A stretch of DNA of 64,000 nucleotides from positions 5,518,001 through 5,582,000 of the forward strand of contig OZ024744.1 of the NCBI GenBank assembly GCA_964016885.1, read 5' to 3'. This DNA is from Eledone cirrhosa. Its lineage: Eukaryota. A model generated the notes under the pieces. It had not been told where the DNA came from. It searched no databases and saw nothing but the letters and a program-made list of their open reading frames with translations. Shown piece after piece: positions 56,421 to 64,000 of the stretch (its first letter is position 1; each line of letters begins with the position of its first letter). The position numbers and the translations under genes are program-made.

Positions 56421-56497
56421 ATATTTATTTCATTATATATATTTCAGGGATATCATATTAACAATATGTTATGCCTTCATCAGACAAAATACAATAT
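56421..56497 (-). ncRNA. Putative type I hammerhead ribozyme (left arm of the inverted repeat)
   Basis: Minus strand: TATTTTGT-CTGATGA-AGG(CATAACATATTGTTAATATGATATC)CCT-GAAA-TATATA-T-A-ATGAAATA. Intact core; stem I TATTTTGT/ATGAAATA has two G-U pairs; short palindromic stem III. Confidence 0.65.
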
Positions 56498-57637
56498 AAA
56501 CAGTCTTATAAATAAATAGATATGACATACCTTTCAATCGACTTGCATTTGGGAAGTTGATTTGGCAGTAAAAAATATTGTGGACAGTTGTAAAAAGAAA
56601 GAGAGAAAGAAAGAAAGAAAGAAAAACGAAGAAAAAGAAGAAATGCATGTGACTAAATAGAGAGATATAGAAAGATAGATAAAGAGAAGAACTTCATGTA
56701 AAGGAACAGAGAGAGATATATAGAGAGAGGAAAAAAAGAAAGAGATAGATAGAGATAGATAGAGAAACTAGGTAGTTGAGTATCAGTTGATACATTTATT
56801 TATTTATTTATTTATTTATTTAGCTCTAGTATTAATGTAAAGAGAGATGTATGTAGTTAAGAGAGAAAATAGCCGTTATATAGAGAGAAAAAAGAGAAAA
56901 TGAAAAAGAGAAAATGAAAAATAACCAGACATAAACGAGGCAGAATTTAAAAAACGCTTTGTTTCATCATGTAGAAAATATTAGTTCGTATAAAACAGGC
57001 ATTATAATGTAAATATCAGTATTCATGAATGAAACATGTATCTATAATGTGTGAAAAGTAATGATCTTATGTCTAGTTTTTAAAAATTCATATGTTTATA
57101 TCATAATTATAAACAAACTCCCAATTCACACGAAAACATTCTCATTGTGCTATAAAAATTCAAGTATAATATATGTGTGTATATATACACATATATATAG
57201 AGTCTATATTAATTTTAACAATACTATTCTTGTCTTTACTCTACATGATTGTCGATCAAGCAGAAATAGAGAACAGATTTCAATATATTAATAAAAATAA
57301 AAATAAAAATAAAATATCAGAGACAAGAAAATAAATAAATAAACAGAAAACTAAAACATTTAATATTAAAAATAAAAATATTACAAAATATTAAAAAATA
57401 ATAAAAAAATAAAACATAGTATGGCACGCAAATCGGCCACAAAAGATCAGCCTTTCAAAGCTTTCTATATCTCTCTATTTAGTCACATGCATTTCTTCTT
57501 TTTCTTCGTTTTTCTTTCTTTCTTTCTTTCTCTCTTTCTTTTTACAACTGTCCACAATATTTTTTACTGCCAAATCAACTTCCCAAATGCAAGTCGATTG
57601 AAAGGTATGTCATATCTATTTATTTATAAGACTGTTT

Positions 57638-57714
57638 ATATTGTATTTTGTCTGATGAAGACATAACATATTGTTAATATGATATCCCTGAAATATATAT
57701 AATGAAATAAATAT
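57638..57714 (+). ncRNA. Putative type I hammerhead ribozyme (right arm of the inverted repeat)
   Basis: CTGATGA at 57652-57658, GAAA at 57690-57693, U16.1/A17 at 57700/57701. Stem I pairs 57644-57651 with 57702-57709. An A at 57661 (G in the left-arm copy) weakens stem II. Confidence 0.6.
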
Positions 57715-57837
57715 GGTTTTATAAATATAGTTTCCATTTATTTAATATCATAAATATACTCCAAATACTTGTTGAGTGCTTTTATATCAGTTATAAATAT
57801 TTACTCGTTGTTAACCCAACAATTTAAATATAACTTT

Positions 57838-57840
<3 letters not shown>

Positions 57841-57893
<53 letters not shown>
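57841..57893. repeat. (TA)n microsatellite at the 5' junction of the PLE
   Basis: Pure TA run. Confidence 0.97.
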
Positions 57894-57895
<2 letters not shown>

Positions 57896-60372
57896 CGTTT
57901 CTGCTGTTAGTGGAAATAGAAATAGAAACAACACAACTAACAATAACAATAGAAATAGTACACATAAAGCAGCAGCCTGGAACTCTACTTTTTATAATCC
58001 TTCTTATATGTCCTTCGACCTACGACGAGTCCACGCCGCGACTTTAGCTTTTAACAAACGCACGCAATTGCTGTCGCAGGTCGATGAACAAACAGAACCA
58101 CAAGTTAGTATAGATAGATCTAAACTTAGAAATATTATAGAACAGTATAGCAAGAAGCAAAATATAATGGATGCCCAGCAACTGGGAGAAAAATCTGCAA
58201 ATGGCTTGCGTAAGCTCATGCAGCACTCGCGTAATGGAGAGATTGCATGCTTTCCAACAGACAAGTCTGGCAGAATGTCGGTTGACAGTCTATCAAGCTA
58301 CATCCAGGCAATGCAACCCCACATCACTAACACAAGAGAAGTAACAGCACAAGAGCATGAGGATAGGGAGAAAACCATCAATGCCCATATGATGATGTGG
58401 ACAAACATAATGCAGCCCAACAAAAGGACTGCCAACAACTTCCAGGCCTGGAACAATGACGTGCCAGCGTTGTATGGGCTTCGAAAAGACCATAAAACGA
58501 GCAGTGACCCTGTCACAGGACCACCAACACGGCCAGTCTGTGGAGCTAACATTGCTAGTAACTACAGACTTTCCTACTTCCTCTCCCTGATCATACGACC
58601 CATCATTGAAATGTTCCCAGATGTATGTGACAGCACGGAGGACCTCCTCAGCAGAATCAGCGAAAGTAACCGATCTAGGGACCTAACAAACTGTATAATA
58701 GGTAGTATGGATGTTGTGCCCCTATATCCATCCATTGACGTGGATTTTGCTGTGGAGAAATGCGTAGAAATGATCAGTGAAAGCAATGTTGAATTCCGTG
58801 GGATTGATACCAGTGAGCTGGGACTCCTACTTAAACTTATCTATAGTAATGATTATCTAGATACATATGACCTTAGCAACCTGTGCCCTACAAGACCAGC
58901 AAGAGGCAGACCACCTACCATTACCTCAATGGCCAAGAAAACCCACACAGATAGATGGAAAGCGTGGACCAGAGCCATACGGACCCCGAAAACCACGATG
59001 AACTAAAGAAAATGATTGCACATGCGGTGGGGGCCAGTATAAAATTAACCCTTAAGGAACATATGTTCAAATTTAATGAAAAAACATATGCCCAAGAGGA
59101 GGGAGCAACCATTGGTGTTAGCATTGCAGGTGACATAGCTAACCTATTCATGGTATGGTGGGACAATAGACTTAAACTTAAACTTAAAGAACAATTAGAA
59201 GACCCCTCAACCCTGATAATGTACTCCCGCTACGTTGATGATATAAACATCGTAGTACTCCCCCCCCCACCACACACACCCCATAGACAACAGTCAGGAA
59301 TTAGAGAGAAACACCATGGAAAGCATCCAGCAAATAGCTAACTCCATCCACCAGAGTATTAGAGTTACTATAGACTACCCAAGCAAACACCCCAACCATC
59401 GATTACCTGTACTAGACACAGAGCTCTGGTTAGAAACCATTAATAACAAAAAACAAATCCTCCATTCCCATTATGCCAAACCCATGACTTCCAAATACCT
59501 GATCCACCGAAACTCGGCTTTTTCGGACCATACCAAAATCAACATGCTGATTGCGGATTTGGTACGGGTGATGAGAAATGTGTCCCGCATGTGCAGCCCC
59601 AAAGAACTAGAGAGACACATACAACACTTCATCCACCGTATGCAGTTCTCTGGTTACAATCAGAGAGATAAAATCAGAGTGTATAGAGGAGCCAGAACCA
59701 AATGGGAAAAAATGGTAAATAATGATACAAATGGGACCTGCCCCTTGTATAGGAGCAAATTTTGGAATAGAATAGAAAGAACTAGGAATAAGGTTAATAG
59801 AATAAACTCATGGTATGATAGCAATAAATACCAGTGTAATGTTCATCAATACAACCCCTAGAGGTGAATTAGCTTACAAATTTAGAAGGGCCCTAAATAA
59901 ACATAAACTCAATATTAAGATAGTAGAAAGACCAGGTACCTCCATAAAAACACTTATTAGCAATACATACCCTTTTCAAAGACCTCTCTGTATAGATAAG
60001 AAATGTATAATCTGTAAACTAAGCCCCCATATTAACTGTAAAACTAGAAATGTAGTATATAGCATAAGATGTACTGAAGGACAATGTAGAGATAAGAATA
60101 TAGTGTACATAGGTGAGACAGCTCGTAGTATAGGAGAACGGATAAATGAACACTGGCGAGAACTTCAAGATAGTAAAGAATCATCAATACTCCACCAACA
60201 TGCTAAAAGAAAACATAAGGGTAAATTAGAGAACCTAGAATTAAAAATAGAATCTACACACAGAAAAGATGCAATGTTTAGACAAATGACAGAGGCAATA
60301 AAAATAAATGAACTCCAACCAAAATTAAATAGAAAACATGAATGGAATAGCAACATCACAACTTACAATTAA
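57894..60372 (+). pseudogene. PLE polyprotein (reverse transcriptase + GIY-YIG endonuclease), three frameshifts
   Basis: Frame is open from 57894. Motifs: TDKSGR, LYGLRKDHK, RPVC, SMDVVPLYPSI, QEEGATIGVSIAGDIANLFM, YSRYVDDI, LPVLDTELW, HYAKPMTS, CIDKKCIIC..INC, VVYSIRC...YIGETARSIGERINEH, E..KI...PKLN. Split over ORFs 58008-59006, 58955-59341, 59316-59861 and 59815-60372. Confidence 0.95.
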
Positions 60373-60550
60373 GGCCAAAATGAAAACACACACACACGAC
60401 CAACCAGTAACATGTAAATAAACAAATAAATAAACAAATATAAACACACACAGACACCCGGATGTAACACATGCGCAAACTAAGCACACAAAAACAAGAT
60501 GGCGTAGGACAGAACAAAGGAGATGCACAAAAGAAAGAAAAGAATCCCCA

Positions 60551-60593
60551 GTCACTGAAGAGGTCACAGAATGTGTGACGAAAGAACTTTGAC
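60551..60593 (+). ncRNA. Minimal type I hammerhead ribozyme in the PLE pLTR
   Basis: GTCA-CTGAAGA-G-GTCACA(GAATG)TGTGAC-GAAA-GAAC-T-T-TGAC: intact core, 6-bp stem II, stem I GTCA/TGAC, very short stem III. Minimal hammerheads are an established feature of PLE pLTRs. Confidence 0.85.
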
Positions 60594-60899
60594 AATATAT
60601 GAACAACCGTCCGGTTGTGGAACCAACCAACAACCGGAAATTTATAAATTCCTAAATTTATAAATTTAATTTATAATAAATTTGAGTGAAAGTAACTGGT
60701 GCGTGTGTTTCTTATTGGCAACATGACCCTCCCAAAGCATAACAATATATATATATATATTTAAAAGTTAAACAAGGTTCAATGAATACATCAAAGAATG
60801 AGTTTTACAATAGATTGGAAGCACTCAATAGAAAAGGTTTTCCAGAGTACTACCATGACTGAATCTTAACCATCTACTATGTCAGGGTATGTCATGTAT

Positions 60900-60976
60900 A
60901 ATTTTATTTTATTTGATGAGGACGTACTGTTGAACTTAACTCAGTACCTCTGAAATATGTATAATGAAATATAATT
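60900..60976 (+). ncRNA. Degenerate hammerhead ribozyme related to those in the 292-bp inverted repeat
   Basis: TATTTTAT-TTGATGA-GGAC GTACTG(loop)CAGTAC CTCT-GAAA-TATGTA-T-A-ATGAAATA. Core C3 is changed to T. Shares the GAAATATRTATAATGAAATA 3' half and an upstream GGTATGTCAT with the 57.6 kb copy. Confidence 0.55.
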
Positions 60977-61011
60977 GATTACAAGATTATCTATTTTGTT
61001 AATATTTTGAA

Positions 61012-61052
<41 letters not shown>

Positions 61053-61544
61053 TAAAGTTTTTCGAAATATTTACTTCTGCGTTCACAGATTGATGATTTT
61101 AGTTTCAGAAGATCCCGTTAAGGGTGAAAGCAGCGATTCTTTGTTTAAACTTTAATCTGTTATATATATAATTATATATTCGTGTACAGATATTTTTGCA
61201 TACACAACAATAACAAAATATAAACAAACGTATTTATTTCACGAGGCTCGATAAGGATAAATATATATCAAATATATAAGAACCCTAGAGCAAATCCTGA
61301 GCAACGCCGGGTCATTCTGCTAGTTCACATTAAAATTACTCGTACTTTCAAACACGTTAGACTTACACCAATAATTGATAAGGAATGAAATCCAGGGGAT
61401 TGAGTTGAGAGAGATGTAAGGCCGATTCCTATTGGTCAACTATTAAACTCTGTTGTATACCAGGGATAGCTTGGTCTGCTACTGTGTAAAATAGCCAAGT
61501 ATTTCTAGAAAACAAAACCCCCCAAGAAACATCAACAAAGCAGA

Positions 61545-61721
<177 letters not shown>

Positions 61722-64000
61722 CCTTGAATCTCAGTCATTGATGTTGGTTAACTGGAAAGTCCGTTGGATTGAATATCAAGCCACTACCTGCAGCCTCAGA
61801 TATTCAGGACGTATCGGAGGGTTCTTGCCGTTCCAAGCAAGCATGCCTTTTGAAGCGTTCCAAAAAGCGTGAAGGGGCCGATTTTCTTTAACCATCCCTG
61901 GAAACCTTTGGAGATAGTCCCCAGTGCGCCTATGACAATCGGGATCACTTTGACTTCATGGCAGTTCCAAATCCTTTTCACCTCCCACTTTAGGTCCTGG
62001 TATCGGTTAATTTTCTCCCTCTCCTTCTCTTGCACTCTCGTGTCGAACGGGCAGGCCACATCCACAATCAGGCACGATCTTTTTTCTTTGTCCACAACCA
62101 CCAGGTCAGGTCTATTGTGTTCCAGTTTTTTGTCCGTCTGTATCCTAAAATCCCACAGCACCTTCACCTGACTGTTCTCCATCACCGCCTCTGGCCTATG
62201 CTCATACCATTTCTCAGAATGTGGTAGATTGTTTACTTTGCACAGGTGCCAGTGGATCACCCTGCCCATCACATCGTGTCTCCAGCCCTTATAGTGGGTC
62301 TGGGCTAGGTGTTTACACTCGGACACGATGTGAGCCACAGTCTCCTCTCTCTCTCCACAGATCCTGCACAGTGGGCTAGCCTCCTCCTTGTAGATATGGT
62401 GCTTCAACCACTTCGTTTTGAGGGCCTGCTCCTGCGCAGCCATTAGCATTCCTTCTGTAGCCTTTTTGAGGTCTCCTCTTCTCAACCAGTTCCATGTCTG
62501 TGGATCTCTAAATTCAGTTTTCTCAAAGAAGGTACTATGAAGGGATTTTCCCTTAAGGCTGCTCTTCCTCCTTGATGTTATTTCCTCCTTGGATATCCCC
62601 TGGCCTACTGTCCCCTCCTTCAGTACAGCTCTGAGCATTGGCTCCTTACTATAGGTCACGTATTTGTATAGGTTGTTTTTCTCCATCTGAACACAGTCCT
62701 CTATGCTGATAAGACCTCTTCCACCCTCAGATCTCCTTAGGTAGAGTCTATCGACATCACTCCTCTTGTGGAACATGTTGTAGATAGTCAATAGCTTCCT
62801 AGTCTTCCTATCCATTTCTTTTTGTTCAGCAACATTCCATCTCAGAATTCCCGCACTGTACCTAATAATAGACACAGCTCGGGAATTTACTGCGCTTATG
62901 GCATTTCTGCTGTTCAGATGTGACTTCAATACGCTCCTTACTCACCGAATGTATTCAGTTCTTAACAATTCCTTCATTTTTTTGTTCTTTATGCCATCAG
63001 CCTCCAGAACGCCCAAATACTTGTATCCTTCCTCAGAGTCAATTTCCTTTATCATCTCACCTGTTGGTATCTGGATCCCGTTACTTCTGCTCAACCTACC
63101 CCTCCTCATCACAATGACTCCACATTTACCAATACCAAACTGCATACATATATCACTGCTGAAAATACGGACAGTGTCAACAAGCACATCCAACTCCTTC
63201 TCACTTTTCCCGAAGAGCTTAAGATCGTCCATGAAGAGGAGGTGATTGATGGTAAGCTCTCCCCTTCCCAACTTGTATCCTGCTCTCACTTTTCGCAGCA
63301 TAATGGTCAAGGGCATCAGGGCAAGGACAAACAACAGAGGGGACAGGCTATCTCCCTGGAAGATACCTCTCTTGATCTTCACGCTTCCCAAGGATACTCC
63401 AGTTGATGTCAACTCTGTCTCCCAGGACCCCATACTCCTGCCCAGCAACTGTCTGATGTTATCTGCCACCCTGAAGATCTCCAGGCTTTTGGTGATCCAG
63501 GAATGAGGCACCATGTCAAATGCCTTTCTGTAGTCTATCCATCCCATGGCAAGATCAGTGTGTCTCCTCCTGCAATTCCCCATTACCATCTTATCAATAA
63601 GCAACTGGTCCTTTGTACCACGTGACTTCTTTCGGCATCCTTTCTGTTCGTCCGGCAACAAGTTGTTTGTGTGGAGGTGATGGTAGATTTCCTCAGACAC
63701 AATGCTCGTCAACAGTTTCCACATTACGGGCAGACATGTGATAGGTCTATAGTTGGTAACATCATTACCCTTGATTCGGTCTTTCATTATCAGAACTGTA
63801 GTACCTTTTGTCAACCACTCTGGCACCTCACCCGACACCAAGCAGTCATTGAACATGGCCGTCAGCTTCGGGTGGAGGGATGTTAAATGTTTAATCCAAT
63901 ACCCCTGCACACCATCTGGGCCTGGTGATTTCCAGTTGGTTAGTTTTTTGGCTTGCCCCTTAAGAGTTTCAACTGTGATACTCAAATCAGTCTGTTGCTG
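61722..64000 (-). mobile_element. R4/Dong-clade non-LTR retrotransposon (RT + restriction-like endonuclease), continues past the right edge
   Basis: ORF motifs listed in the next feature. A 74-bp 3' UTR abuts a (TAA)n-rich tract, the established target type of Dong elements. Confidence 0.92.
61796..64000 (-). pseudogene. RT-CCHC-RLE ORF with a single in-frame premature stop at 62942-62944
   Basis: WKSPGPDG, YRPITCL, EQKGCR..SRGTKDQLLID, WIDYRKAFDMVPH, GIFQGDSLSPLLF, HLLFMDDLKL, YKYLG; CRICGEREETVAHIVSEC; RHD; RPDLVV..IVDVACPFD; EKINRYQDL. The two listed ORFs are in one frame: E-Y-I-R-TGA-V-R-S-V-L-K-S. Confidence 0.93.

Larger units (their letters stand above)
56383..57752. repeat. 292-bp near-perfect inverted repeat (arms 56383-56674 and 57461-57752) around a 786-bp spacer; probable non-coding PLE-related element
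   Basis: Arms are reverse complements; the one mismatch I found is ATGCCTTC vs GAAGACAT. Each arm carries a hammerhead motif. The unit lies between (TA)n tracts. Confidence 0.93.
57894..60746 (+). mobile_element. 5'-truncated Penelope-like retroelement, Neptune type, with 3' pLTR, flanked by (TA)n
   Basis: RT plus Cys-rich linker plus GIY-YIG ORF, a 3' non-coding region with a hammerhead, and a tail that re-enters the ORF start (ATG ACC CTC CCA AAG CAT AAC AAT) and ends in (AT)n. Confidence 0.93.
55980..61323 (+). mobile_element. Non-autonomous Helitron, expanded by nested insertions
   Basis: 5' end A|TCTATATATCTAAAACAGAGAATGTCTGTCTGTCTG: 5'-TC after host A, then a (GTCT)n tract and AACCGATT...AAACTTT typical of invertebrate non-autonomous Helitrons. 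3' end has hairpin CCTGAGCAACGCCGGG (61296-61311) then CTAG|T at 61320-61324. That both ends belong to one element is inferred. Confidence 0.7.

Noticed and set aside
56383-57752. MITE or foldback DNA transposon reading of the 292-bp inverted repeat
   Set aside because: No clear TSD, the right arm continues into a unique tail, and the arms carry hammerhead cores. A PLE-type inversion fits better, though this reading is not fully excluded.
61100-61140. Possible fifth hammerhead CAGAAGA-TCCC(GTTAA)GGGT-GAAA
   Set aside because: Core U4 is mutated and stems I and III cannot be formed convincingly; at most a relic.

Overview
Repeat-dense, AT-rich eukaryotic (probably invertebrate animal) DNA with no recognisable host gene. 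Bases 1-50639 are one tandem satellite array of about 750 monomers. The monomer comes in two lengths, 66 and 68 bp, differing by a CA after TATAGA, and the array shows nested higher-order duplications and zoned variants. The last 13 kb is a nest of mobile elements: an N-terminal fragment of a Penelope-like element (PLE) with a fold-back 5' end, a decayed RTE-clade LINE, a non-autonomous Helitron, and a nearly intact R4/Dong-type LINE beside a (TAA)n tract. The Helitron hosts a 292-bp inverted repeat with hammerhead-ribozyme motifs and a Neptune-type PLE (RT + GIY-YIG + hammerhead). Main observation: the satellite appears to have arisen from inside the PLE ORF. On the minus strand the 68-bp monomer reads TVDPDELSIPQLPPKYVTYSEV, collinear with the flanking PLE fragment, and the terminal 91-bp unit retains the apparent ORF continuation. 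All family calls rest on motif recognition by eye; no searches were run.
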